48,758 nucleotides of DNA from Halioglobus sp. Lineage in GTDB: Bacteria; Pseudomonadota; Gammaproteobacteria; Granulosicoccales; Granulosicoccaceae. The notes beneath the pieces were generated by a model. That model was not told the DNA's origin, searched no databases, and worked only from the letters and a program-made list of their open reading frames with translations. The position numbers and the translations under genes were made by a program. The stretch covers positions 1-48,758 of the forward strand of contig JBLHWG010000001.1 of NCBI GenBank assembly GCA_047629055.1, written 5' to 3'. Every line of letters begins with the position of its first letter. Positions within the stretch are counted from its first letter, which is position 1. Of the stretch, positions 9,900 through 19,475 are shown piece after piece.

Positions 9900-10946
9900 G
9901 TGCCTGAGCTTGACGTAAACAGTGAATTCAAAGCGCTTAAACGATTTTCAAAAAAGATTGGCAGCGATCCATTGCAAGTACAGGGAGCTGGGGGCAATAC
10001 GTCCATAAAAATCGACCACACCCTTTGGATAAAAGCGTCTGGCACTTGGCTTATGAATGCACAAAGCACAAATTTATTTGTACCAGTTACGCTCAATCCA
10101 CTATTAACGGCGCTACGAGAGCAAGATCCTCGTGCACAAAAATCGACCGCGTTTGTGCTTGAAGACCACAACCCGGATGGGCTACGACCGTCGATTGAAA
10201 CAACCGTGCACGCAGTATTTACACAAAAAGTAGTCGCACATACTCATTGCGTAGACACCATAGCTTTGGCCGTTCAAATCAACGCTGAGCAGCAATTGTC
10301 TCAGCTTCTCAACGGCTATGACTGGTTGTGGGTGCCTTACGCAAAGCCTGGAATACAACTATCTAGCTACATCAAGCAACATATGACATCCAATACCAAC
10401 GTTGTCATTCTGGGCAATCATGGATTGATTGTGGCTGCTGACACGGTCGCTGAAACCGAGACCCTGATGTTATCAGTACGTGCTGCACTACACCAAGCGC
10501 ATAGTTATCCAGACGTCGTCAATTATGATCAACTCAGTGAGTACTGCAGAGGATCAAACTACCTGCCCGCTCCTGATGAACGCACGCATGCGATCGCCCT
10601 GAACCCTGACAGCATTAAAATCGCTGAAAATGGCAGCCTATATCCCGATCATGTCATTTTTCTCGGCGACGGTAGTATTGTTGCCGGAAAGCAGGAATCA
10701 CTAGACGATGTCATTTCACGAGTGAGAAGGCAAACAGGAAATGACCCCCTCAGCATCCTTGTGCCAGAACAGGGCGTACTGATGAAGTCTGACGCAACGC
10801 CCGGGCAGCATGCAATGGCCAGGTGTATTACAGAGGTTACCGCCCGCTTGATTCCCTCCGCCGACATTCACTATCTCACCGCGCAGAATGTTTACGAGTT
10901 ACTCAATTGGGAGGCTGAGCACTATAGGCAATCGTTAGAGACTTAG
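9900..10946 (+). CDS. Class II aldolase/adducin family protein (RhaD-like)
   Basis: GAGGNTSIK, WIKASG, RPSIETTVHA, metal ligands HTH and GNHG, LYPDHVIFLG, LLNWEAEHYR; GTG start. Confidence 0.85.
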   Translation: MPELDVNSEFKALKRFSKKIGSDPLQVQGAGGNTSIKIDHTLWIKASGTWLMNAQSTNLFVPVTLNPLLTALREQDPRAQKSTAFVLEDHNPDGLRPSIETTVHAVFTQKVVAHTHCVDTIALAVQINAEQQLSQLLNGYDWLWVPYAKPGIQLSSYIKQHMTSNTNVVILGNHGLIVAADTVAETETLMLSVRAALHQAHSYPDVVNYDQLSEYCRGSNYLPAPDERTHAIALNPDSIKIAENGSLYPDHVIFLGDGSIVAGKQESLDDVISRVRRQTGNDPLSILVPEQGVLMKSDATPGQHAMARCITEVTARLIPSADIHYLTAQNVYELLNWEAEHYRQSLET

Positions 10947-10962
10947 GAACTCTTTTGTCAGA

Positions 10963-11958
10963 TCAAGGACGATCTTCCAATAACAAACGCGCCGTATTCG
11001 AACAACAAGCAAAGTGCGTGACGTAGCCACCGATAATTGCTGCCCGCGCAGCGGCCGCGCGCTCGGGTTCGGCACACACCAGCATGCCTAAATCTTTTTC
11101 ACGCATTTGTTCGAGCGTAACGCCGATCATCCTGTCTTCACTCGACACCGACATGGCATCGCCATTGGTATCAATCAGCCTGCCACAGATAACACCCACA
11201 GCTCCCTTGCGACGGTACTTCGCAAGCTCCTTGGGTTTAATTATTCCAGTGCGCGCAATATGACTATCGTCAAAACACGTGCCCGCGGCAAAGATAACTT
11301 TTGTACAGTCAGCAACCTGTTTCAATTGCTCTGCAACGACAGGCTCAGCGATCAGCTGTCTGCAGAGTTCGGGACTCGATAACAATAAGGGCACATGTAG
11401 GTTAATGCACTGCGCGCCAAAGCGCTGTGCCAGACTTGCAGAACAACTCTCTGCTGCAAAGCCCAATGCCGAAGGGCGCGACCCGACCAGTTGAACAATG
11501 ATGAGATCATCTAATGCCAGCCGGGGCGCAATCTCGGACAATCGATATATCGTCTCACCCCAGGCAACACCCAACATGTCACCACTTTCTAGCAGCTGCG
11601 GTAACCAGTCTGATGCTGCTCTTACAACCCGCTCGAAGGAACGTTGCTCTGACGTGTCATCTGCTGGTATTACTAGAGCTTGCGTTAGTTGATAGGCATC
11701 ACGAAGTTCAGCAGCCAACTGGTTGTGCAAAAACACGTTGCTGTCCAAGGTTACGCGCACATAATCCCGCCGCCGTGATTCTGCTAAGTAGTTGACAACA
11801 GACGCCCGACTCACGCCAAGTTTCGTTGCAATTTCGCTTTGATTCAGCCCCTCGTGGTAGTAACACCACGCTGCTTCTACGATGGCATCATCCTGCCGCG
11901 ACATTCGTCTGCCAACATCTGTACCCGGTTTTGCATTAGTCAGAGTCGTCGGACTCAT
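10963..11958 (-). CDS. SorC/DeoR-family sugar-binding transcriptional regulator
   Basis: EAAWCYYHEGLNQSEIATKLGVSRASV HTH, LGVAWGET, GAVGVICGRLID; starts 6 nt after the mtnA stop. Confidence 0.9.
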   Translation of the reverse strand: MSPTTLTNAKPGTDVGRRMSRQDDAIVEAAWCYYHEGLNQSEIATKLGVSRASVVNYLAESRRRDYVRVTLDSNVFLHNQLAAELRDAYQLTQALVIPADDTSEQRSFERVVRAASDWLPQLLESGDMLGVAWGETIYRLSEIAPRLALDDLIIVQLVGSRPSALGFAAESCSASLAQRFGAQCINLHVPLLLSSPELCRQLIAEPVVAEQLKQVADCTKVIFAAGTCFDDSHIARTGIIKPKELAKYRRKGAVGVICGRLIDTNGDAMSVSSEDRMIGVTLEQMREKDLGMLVCAEPERAAAARAAIIGGYVTHFACCSNTARLLLEDRP

Positions 11959-11964
11959 CGGTGG

Positions 11965-13065
11965 CTACGCAGTGTGAGCATGTTCGGGGAACAGCTCAGC
12001 AAGTCCTTCTTTTGATGCAGAACAAACACCCCGCTCAGTGATAAGTCCTGTTACCAGTCGATTGGGCGTTACGTCGAACGCTGGGTTACCACCACGAGTG
12101 TTCTTAGGTGTGACCTGAACCGTATTAATCTTGCCATTGCTATCTAGACCCTGAATGTGGGTGGTTTCATTCTCATTACGCTCTTCAATAGGAATTTCTG
12201 CCACGCCATCATCAATGGTCCAGTCGATAGTTGGCGATGGCAGAGCCACGTAAAACGGAACGTTATTATCGTAGGCTGCAAGTGCTTTCAGGTAAGTACC
12301 AATTTTGTTGCAGACATCTCCCCGACGAGTCGTACGGTCGGTACCGGTAATAACCAAATCCACTTGGCCGTGCTGCATCAAATGGCCACCTGCGTTGTCG
12401 GTAATATAGGTATGCGGAACCCCATGGTTGCCCAACTCCCAAGCAGTCAGTGCACCCTGATTACGTGGGCGTGTTTCATCAACCCACACATGCAACGGGA
12501 TATTCGCATCATGAGCATGATACATCGGACTTGTCGCTGTACCCCAGTCTACTGTCGCTAACCAGCCAGCGTTGCAGTGAGTAAGCACTTGTACCGGTTC
12601 GCCAGACGGTTTACGTTCGGCAATCTCTCGAATTAATCTCAGGCCATGCTCACCGATACTTTTATTGATTCCAACATCTTCGTCAGCTATTTCATGTGCT
12701 AACTGCAGTGATATTCTTGCGCGCTCTGGAACTGGCATCTGGAGAATAAGCTGCTGACAACGATCAAGTGCCCATCGAAGATTGACCGCAGTAGGACGTG
12801 TGGCGTACAGCGCATCCCATGCATTCTGAACGTTGTTGTCGGATGGATCTTGGGCCATCGCGTGTGCCATACCGTAGGCAGCAGTTGCCCCGATTAATGG
12901 GGCGCCACGCACGCGCATTTGAAAAATAGCGTCAATAAAATCCTGAAAGGTCTCAACGCTTATAATCTGAAATTCGTAGGGTAGACGACGCTGATCAATG
13001 ATCTGTAATGCATGTTGGCTTTCATCCCACCATAGAGAGCGATAATGCTTGTCGCCTATTTTCAC
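11965..13065 (-). CDS. mtnA: S-methyl-5-thioribose-1-phosphate isomerase
   Basis: [59 protein letters not shown]. Confidence 0.95.
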   Translation of the reverse strand: MKIGDKHYRSLWWDESQHALQIIDQRRLPYEFQIISVETFQDFIDAIFQMRVRGAPLIGATAAYGMAHAMAQDPSDNNVQNAWDALYATRPTAVNLRWALDRCQQLILQMPVPERARISLQLAHEIADEDVGINKSIGEHGLRLIREIAERKPSGEPVQVLTHCNAGWLATVDWGTATSPMYHAHDANIPLHVWVDETRPRNQGALTAWELGNHGVPHTYITDNAGGHLMQHGQVDLVITGTDRTTRRGDVCNKIGTYLKALAAYDNNVPFYVALPSPTIDWTIDDGVAEIPIEERNENETTHIQGLDSNGKINTVQVTPKNTRGGNPAFDVTPNRLVTGLITERGVCSASKEGLAELFPEHAHTA

Positions 13066-14321
13066 AGAATGTTCCTCTGGTTGTATTTTTTTGCCATGCG
13101 GATTAACACCGATTCATCACAGACGGTATCCGCTTCAAGAATTAACTGAATCCCCATCTCTATGTTGCGAGCTTCGAGTGGCGCCCGTATCGTGGGATCT
13201 TCTATATCTTCAAAGTCTGCATTGTGCGCTAAAGATAAACAGCGACGATGCATTTCGATACCACAAAAGGCCATCGCATCCGTATTAATATCCGCTAACA
13301 ACTGATCACAAGCCTTTGATGAATCATGGCCTTGATCTTCGAAGAGTGAGGTGGGGTACAACATGCCTGTTCGTTCAGAGTGCCACAGGCGCTTAAATTC
13401 GGTACGAAAGGTTTGTAAACTCTCACTGATAACGCTTAAAATCCACTGCTGATAGTCGTCCAGATCATCTCCCCTATGAGCGGGTTGGCTGAAATAAGCC
13501 ATCAAAAAATTTGCCGTCACCATACCCAGATCAAAACCCATAGGTCCATATTGTGCAAACTCTGGATCAATGACCATAGATTCGCTGTCAGTTGACATGA
13601 TTGATCCGGAATGTAAGTCACCATGCAACATTGTTTCGGTATTCGAGGCGAATTTCATCAACATCTTTTGCACGCAGCTTTTAAGCTCAACATTCGAGCG
13701 CAGGGCTGTCACTACAGGCTCAAGTAAACTGTTGTGGCTATTCCTCTGTGCAACGAAGTACGGGTCGGTGAACACCAGCGATTCACTAATAGCGGGAATT
13801 TCCACATTGCCTGAAAACACGCCCACATCAGCTTTTTTGTCAGCACTCTTCATGGACAGTTCAGAGCCACGAAAAGCGGTTTGAGCGCAAAACACACCCA
13901 CAAAATTGCCCAGCCCTGCTACTCGCTCACCCTTGATCAACTTGTTGCGCAGAATCACATGAGGCTTCAGGTGCTCCATAACAATCAACGCCTGTAAGTC
14001 ATCAAAATGGAAAATCTCGGGCACACAGTCAAGCGTGCGCTGTGCCTGACGCGTTAACGCGCAGTTCTCGAAAAAGGCACGGTAAAGCGGCAGTGGCCAA
14101 CTATCACCTACCAATCGTACGTAGGGAAGTGCCTGCTTTACAATGACACTGCCGCTCGAGCCCGCGACAATAAATACCAGATTCAGATTACCGTCCCCGA
14201 CCTCTTGCACAGTCCATTGCTTGTAGTCAGTGCCAAGCCTGCTGGTGACAGCTTCTAGCTGCCCCAAACGGGCCGCCAGCGATTCCGGCGTTAGTGGTTC
14301 ATAAGTAACACTATTCGACAT
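13062..14321 (-). CDS. mtnK: S-methyl-5-thioribose kinase
   Basis: [52 protein letters not shown]. Start moved to ATG 14321, which has a GGAGG RBS. Confidence 0.95.
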   Translation of the reverse strand: MSNSVTYEPLTPESLAARLGQLEAVTSRLGTDYKQWTVQEVGDGNLNLVFIVAGSSGSVIVKQALPYVRLVGDSWPLPLYRAFFENCALTRQAQRTLDCVPEIFHFDDLQALIVMEHLKPHVILRNKLIKGERVAGLGNFVGVFCAQTAFRGSELSMKSADKKADVGVFSGNVEIPAISESLVFTDPYFVAQRNSHNSLLEPVVTALRSNVELKSCVQKMLMKFASNTETMLHGDLHSGSIMSTDSESMVIDPEFAQYGPMGFDLGMVTANFLMAYFSQPAHRGDDLDDYQQWILSVISESLQTFRTEFKRLWHSERTGMLYPTSLFEDQGHDSSKACDQLLADINTDAMAFCGIEMHRRCLSLAHNADFEDIEDPTIRAPLEARNIEMGIQLILEADTVCDESVLIRMAKKYNQRNIL

Positions 14322-14360
14322 AAGGCCTCCCTCGATTCCACGCTGACTATCCAACTTGCC

Positions 14361-14415
14361 AGACAATTAGTCAATAGCCAATTCATTTGACAAATGTACA
14401 TTTTAGGCGAATAGT
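14361..14415. promoter_or_regulatory. Divergent mtnK/ABC promoter region with a candidate sigma70 promoter and two operator-like palindromes
   Basis: TTGACA at 14387-14392, 17-nt spacer, AATAGT at 14410-14415. Imperfect palindromes AGACAATTAGTCA (14361-14373) and TGACAAATGTACA (14388-14400). Confidence 0.4.
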
Positions 14416-14450
14416 AACTCTAGTATTATCCGGATCAGAACCCCATCGCC

Positions 14451-15971
14451 ATGCGCAAGAACTCCTGTAAATTAAGAGGAATCAGTAAATCCTTTGGTAC
14501 TAACAATGTGTTGCGCGGTATTGACCTTGATCTCTATGCCGGAGAAATTGTTGTTCTGATGGGCGCCAATGGTGCTGGCAAGTCCACACTTGTAAAGCTA
14601 ATTTGCGGATACCACCACCGCGACTCAGGCACGATGGAATTGGACGAGCAAACCTACAACCCCATAGACCCTGCTAGCGCAATTGGCGCGGGTGTTGTCA
14701 CCGTTCATCAGTCCATTGATGATGGCGTCATCCCAGATCTTGATGTTGCCACCAATCTGATGCTCGACCATCTAACCCGACCAAATGCGAGCCTTTGGGT
14801 GCGAGATCGACAACTGAGAAAGGAAGCAGCCATTGTGGCGCTGAGTATGGGCATCACCACAGACGTTCGTACCAAGGTTGCCGATCTAGGCGTTGCAGAT
14901 CGTCAAATGATCGCTATTGCACGTGCCATGGCACGCTCACCAAAAGTGCTCATTCTCGATGAACCCACATCATCACTATCGGCAACCGAAGCTACCAAAC
15001 TCTTCACCTTACTCGACAGCTTACGAGAAAAAGGAGTAGCGATTCTCTACATCTCCCATCGCATGTCGGACATTCGCCGAGTCGCAGATCGCATTGTTTG
15101 CATGCGTGATGGAGCTATCTCTGGCGTGTTTGATCAGCAGCCTCTCGACTATGACAACGCAGTGACAGCGATGCTCGGACATGCTATGACCGATGTTGAC
15201 ATAACGCCTGTCCCTACAACTAAGCCAGTACTTGAAATTTGCGACCTCAAACTGGAAGCGAACAGCGCGCCCATTAATCTGATTGCACATGACGGTGAGG
15301 TCATCGCCATTGCCGGACTACTCGGCAGTGGCAAAAGCAGGCTCGCTGAAATTCTTTTCGGTTTACGCGATGCGTATGCAGGCCACATGCATCTCGATGC
15401 CAAGCGGTACTGCCCTAAGAGCGCCACCGAGGCGGTCGAGTCCGGAGTACACATGTCCCCCAAAGACCGCAGCTCAAATGCTGTAATTCCGACCTTTAAC
15501 ATCGCCGACAATCTATCCCTGCCCTTTCTTCGCTCATTCACTCGTTTGGGATTGTTGAGCGGTGGCAAGCAGCGACTCGCTGCCGATCAAATGATTGAAC
15601 AGATTGGCGTGGTGTGTCAATCTGCAAAAGATGGCATCAATACCTTATCGGGCGGAAATCAACAAAAAGTCATGATAGGTCGCTGGCTACTTAAGCCGTG
15701 CCGGCTGTTGCTTCTCGACGAGCCATTTCAAGGAGTAGACATTGGCGCGAGGCGGGATATTGGTAAGCACATCAGAGGATCCGCGGGTGGCCGGGCAACG
15801 ATCGTTTTTGTTGCCGAAATAGATGAAGCTCTTGAGATAGCTGATCGGATCATTGTGCTACACGAAAGCCAGATTGTCGGTGAGCACGACAACACCAATA
15901 TTAACCTCAACACACTAATCGCACAGGTATCCGGTGCGATGACTAACGCATCAACCTCTGCAGCATTATGA
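14451..15971 (+). CDS. Monosaccharide (CUT2/RbsA-like) ABC transporter ATP-binding protein, two NBDs
   Basis: GANGAGKST, LILDEPT, YISHR; second half LSGGNQQKV and LLLDEPFQGVDIGAR. Confidence 0.92.
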   Translation: MRKNSCKLRGISKSFGTNNVLRGIDLDLYAGEIVVLMGANGAGKSTLVKLICGYHHRDSGTMELDEQTYNPIDPASAIGAGVVTVHQSIDDGVIPDLDVATNLMLDHLTRPNASLWVRDRQLRKEAAIVALSMGITTDVRTKVADLGVADRQMIAIARAMARSPKVLILDEPTSSLSATEATKLFTLLDSLREKGVAILYISHRMSDIRRVADRIVCMRDGAISGVFDQQPLDYDNAVTAMLGHAMTDVDITPVPTTKPVLEICDLKLEANSAPINLIAHDGEVIAIAGLLGSGKSRLAEILFGLRDAYAGHMHLDAKRYCPKSATEAVESGVHMSPKDRSSNAVIPTFNIADNLSLPFLRSFTRLGLLSGGKQRLAADQMIEQIGVVCQSAKDGINTLSGGNQQKVMIGRWLLKPCRLLLLDEPFQGVDIGARRDIGKHIRGSAGGRATIVFVAEIDEALEIADRIIVLHESQIVGEHDNTNINLNTLIAQVSGAMTNASTSAAL

Positions 15972-16996
15972 AAAGCGATCGATTTCTCGACTTCGCCATT
16001 CGATATGGCTTCTTGTTACTCCTTGTCATGCTGGTCTTCTATTTCAGCGTCTCAGCCTCCGGTTTCGCATCACCACGATCAGCGGCCTTTATACTTCAAT
16101 CCGTAGCCATTACCGGTATTCTTGCGCTCGGCGTTACCTGCACACTGGTGGTAGATGGCTTCGACCTATCCATTGGTTCCGTTGCTACGTCTGCATTGAT
16201 GTTATCCGCTTATTCCATGGTGATACTAGAACACTCAGCCTTTGTTGCCGTGCTGTTATGTGTTGGTATGGGCGCCCTGGTTGGACTAATCAACGGCCTA
16301 CTCATCGTTAAATTCCGAGTTCCAGATCTGCTCGCAACACTGGGCATGATGTTTTTGCTCATTGGTCTCCAGCGGATACCTACACAAGGTAATTCCATTT
16401 CCGCAGGCATGCGATTACCCGATGGCTCGAACGCAGAAGGCACTTTTTCAGCAGCCTTTCTGTGGCTTGGGAGACACCGCTTCGATCTCTACCTGGAAAA
16501 ACTGGTACCTGTGCCGGTCGTCATCTTTTTACTAATCGCCGTGGGCATTTGGGTATTCCTTGGTTTTACACGACATGGTCGACTGATGTACGCCATCGGT
16601 TCGAACGAACGAGCTGCATCGTTAGTCGGTGCCAATGTGAACCGTTACAAAATCGTGGCATACATGATCTCGGGCGTTACAGCGTCAATCGGCGGAATAC
16701 TGCTAGCAGCTCGGCTGGGACGAGGTGATATCGCCAGTGGAAACAACCTATTGCTAGACAGTGTTGCTGCCGCACTTATCGGATTTGCTGTTCTGGGCGC
16801 AGCACGACCCAATGCGTTTGGCACGGCAATCGGTGCACTTTTTGTCGGCATTCTCCTGCAAGGACTCACCATGATGAATGCGCCCTACTACACACAGGAT
16901 TTTGTCAAAGGAGCCATTCTTGTTGCGGCTCTTGTTTTTACTTTCTATCTCAGCGCTCGGCAAAACGCTGGTGGAAAATCTCCAACCAAAACTTGA
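15968..16996 (+). CDS. Monosaccharide ABC transporter permease (RbsC-like)
   Basis: GFDLSIGS, GRLMYAIGSNERAASLVG, LDSVAAALIG; ATGA overlap with the ATPase gene. Confidence 0.92.
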   Translation: MKSDRFLDFAIRYGFLLLLVMLVFYFSVSASGFASPRSAAFILQSVAITGILALGVTCTLVVDGFDLSIGSVATSALMLSAYSMVILEHSAFVAVLLCVGMGALVGLINGLLIVKFRVPDLLATLGMMFLLIGLQRIPTQGNSISAGMRLPDGSNAEGTFSAAFLWLGRHRFDLYLEKLVPVPVVIFLLIAVGIWVFLGFTRHGRLMYAIGSNERAASLVGANVNRYKIVAYMISGVTASIGGILLAARLGRGDIASGNNLLLDSVAAALIGFAVLGAARPNAFGTAIGALFVGILLQGLTMMNAPYYTQDFVKGAILVAALVFTFYLSARQNAGGKSPTKT

Positions 16997-17010
16997 TGAG
17001 GATATAAATT

Positions 17011-18057
17011 ATGTTACGACGTACATTACTTAAATATTCAGCATTAACCACCGGTCTGTTCGTTGGACTATCAGGCGCTGTCGGCGCGGCCGAAATGCCA
17101 GCACCACTTGATAATCCAGGTGATGTCAAAATTGCACTGGTACGCTATCTCTCTACCGGGGACTTCTTTCAGTCTTACTTGTCAGGTGTGGAGACTCAGG
17201 CAGCCGCTATTGGGCTTGACCTTCGAATCTTCGACAGTCGTCAGGATGCCGCCTTGCAGGCAGACATGGTTGATCAGGCCATCGCTTTAGGTGTTGATGG
17301 CATCATCATCCAGCACGGACTCACAGAATCCATGAAGGAAGCCGCACAACGCGCAGTTGAGGCCGGTATCAAGGTTGTGGCTTTTGACGTCAACGTCGAA
17401 AACGAGGCGATACCGCAAATTGAACAGTCCGACTATCTACTCGGCAAAATGGCACTTGATCAAGCTCTTGCCGATAACGGAAACAGCTTTACCGCCGGTT
17501 ATGTGTATGTGCCTGGCATAGCACCTCTAGATCGTCGTGATGTTGCATGGCAAGAAACCAAAGCGGCCAATCCCGGCATTGTTGAAGCTTCCCAATTCGG
17601 TACGCTGGATAATCCTATAGCGAACTCAGTTGCGAATCAGGCGCGTTCAGTCTTTCAGGCGAATCCGACAATCACTGTCGTCTTCGCACCGTATGATGAA
17701 TTTGCGAAAGGCGTAAAGATAGCAGTAGATGAAGCAGGCATGACCGATGACATTGATATCTACTCGGCCGATGTATCCACTGCGGACATCTCTGCTATGC
17801 GCGAGCCTGGATCAGCTTGGGTAGCTACCGTCGCTACCAATCCTTCTGTTGTTGGCGAAGTATCCGTTCGAGCGCTTGCATTACTCCTGGCGGGTGAAAA
17901 CCCTGGTGCAAGTGTCATCGTTCCACCCACATTAATCACACAGGATTTCCTAAACGAGATGGACATAAAAAATATGGACGATCTTGGCGAGAAAATGCCT
18001 CAATTTAAGCATGCTGATGTCGCTATGGCTGATTGGATGCCGTTGCCTGCTCGATAA
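17011..18057 (+). CDS. Sugar ABC transporter periplasmic binding protein (candidate methylthioribose/5-deoxyribose binding)
   Basis: Signal peptide MLRRTLLKY..., RbsB-like QAIALGVDGIII and AGIKVVAFD; GAGG RBS. Substrate inferred from mtnKA adjacency. Confidence 0.88.
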   Translation: MLRRTLLKYSALTTGLFVGLSGAVGAAEMPAPLDNPGDVKIALVRYLSTGDFFQSYLSGVETQAAAIGLDLRIFDSRQDAALQADMVDQAIALGVDGIIIQHGLTESMKEAAQRAVEAGIKVVAFDVNVENEAIPQIEQSDYLLGKMALDQALADNGNSFTAGYVYVPGIAPLDRRDVAWQETKAANPGIVEASQFGTLDNPIANSVANQARSVFQANPTITVVFAPYDEFAKGVKIAVDEAGMTDDIDIYSADVSTADISAMREPGSAWVATVATNPSVVGEVSVRALALLLAGENPGASVIVPPTLITQDFLNEMDIKNMDDLGEKMPQFKHADVAMADWMPLPAR

Positions 18058-18090
18058 GGGCTGTTTGTCTTTATAGATTATTGTAATAAC

Positions 18091-18125
18091 GTGATGCTTC
18101 ATACTGATCGGGTCTGAAGCATCAC
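18091..18125. terminator. Hairpin downstream of the ABC operon
   Basis: Perfect 11-bp inverted repeat GTGATGCTTCA/TGAAGCATCAC with a 13-nt loop; no strong U tract. Confidence 0.5.
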
Positions 18126-18244
18126 TGCTCAAGTATCAGTATGTTTCCTTTGAAAGTTCAATGTAAAAGGTGCATACCCAGCTTTTCCAAAAGTTCAGTT
18201 AAGAGTTCGGAGAATTCAGATTTTCTTAAAATTAGGAGTTTCAA

Positions 18245-18395
18245 CTACCGACGCTTTCTAACCGCAATGAGCAAAATAGACACTGACAGCAGCATAAAAG
18301 CAATACTACTTGGAGACGAAAACAAAAACCAAGGGTCGCTGCCAATTGCCGAAAATGCTTGGCGGGCGGTTTCTTCCAATCGTGAACCAGATAGC
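18245..18395 (-). pseudogene. C-terminal remnant of a TctA-like tripartite tricarboxylate transporter permease
   Basis: Hand translation LSGSRLEETARQAFSAIGSDPWFLFSSPSSIAFMLLSVSILLIAVRKRR* fits the TctA C-terminal pattern. An in-frame TAA lies just upstream and there is no plausible gene start. Confidence 0.6.
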
Positions 18396-18479
18396 GATTA
18401 GTCGCGTTGCTGTATATAGATAGACGTTAACGTCAGCAACAAAATGATCGGTAAGAGAATATACTTTGAAACGCGCGTC

Positions 18480-19115
18480 ATAATTCCTTCAGCCAACTAT
18501 GCAAACGACTGGAACGGTCCTTACATGGGGTTTGAACATGTCGAAATGATGTTGGTTGGTCATAACTGGTTCCTGCCAGAGAAACCACCCGCTGGTCAGC
18601 ATTACGAACGATGGTTCTACGCCGATGGCAACGGCGATGAGCGTAATAAGTTGTACCGTAAAAACGGCTATGACACCAAAGAAGCCGCTCAAACCTGGCA
18701 TTCCAAACTACCGGTTGAATGGCATAACTCGGCCTGGACAGCTAATCGCGCCATTGATTCGCCAGGCTCCGACGCAGCATAGAGCCCATTTTGCACTTGG
18801 GTATCTTTTCCAGACCCGCATCATCCGCTTGATTGCCCTATTCCTTGGTCGCAGCTGCACGCACCTGAAGATGTAGATTTACCTGAGAATCGCGAGCGCG
18901 ACTTAGACGATCGACCATGGTGGCACGAAGCAGTACTAACGCAACAACCAGCCGGTGACAAAGAGCTTGCAAAAATACGTACGTAATACAGTCGAATTAA
19001 ACCGCAAACAGATGAGCAACTGCGCGAGATCATCGCTCATACCTACGGGCAAATAGCCCTCATTGATCACCAAGTTGGACGGTTAATGAAAACGCTGGAA
19101 GATTCAGCGAACTAA
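18480..19115 (+). pseudogene. Internal fragment of a sulfatase-like hydrolase
   Basis: One frame reads GPYMGFEHVEMM...SAWTANRAID...[TAG 18780]SPFCTWVSFPDPHHP...[TAA 18984]...[22 protein letters not shown]. Lacks the N-terminal CxPxR and the downstream SDHG motif. Confidence 0.8.
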
Positions 19116-19473
19116 ATTTGGTTGCGGCATTGCTCAATGTGGGGCCTGCACGGTGCTTATTGATGGACAACCAGTCCGCTCTTGCTCTTATCCTGTTGGG
19201 ATAATCAAAGGCAAGATTACTACCATTGAAAGTACAGATTTCCCCAATGTCCTGAGTAAGGTCCAGGAAGCCTGGGTCGAGCTTCAAACACCCCAATGCG
19301 GTTACTGCCAATCTGGCCAGATCATGTCGGCGACGGCCCTGCTCAGTGCAAACTCGAACCCCACCGATGAGGACATCGATAACGTCATGGCGGGTAATAT
19401 CTGCCGCTGCGGCACCTATCCAAGAATACGCGCTGCAATTCATGCTACTGCTAAAGCAATGAAGGAGACCTGA
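19108..19473 (+). pseudogene. iorA: N-terminally truncated [2Fe-2S] subunit of an isoquinoline-1-oxidoreductase/aldehyde dehydrogenase-type molybdoenzyme
   Basis: The frame extends upstream of the tracked ORF as [19 protein letters not shown]...RSC...QCGYCQSGQ...NICRCGTY, but hits TGA at 19087 with no start. The usual N-terminal segment is missing. Confidence 0.8.
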
Positions 19474-19475
19474 GT

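Noticed and set aside
18141-18401. 86-aa plus-strand ORF as a novel small protein
   Set aside because: No motif or clear RBS; largely antisense to the TctA-like remnant.
18444-18782. 112-aa ORF as an independent gene
   Set aside because: It is part of the sulfatase fragment; homology continues past its TAG.
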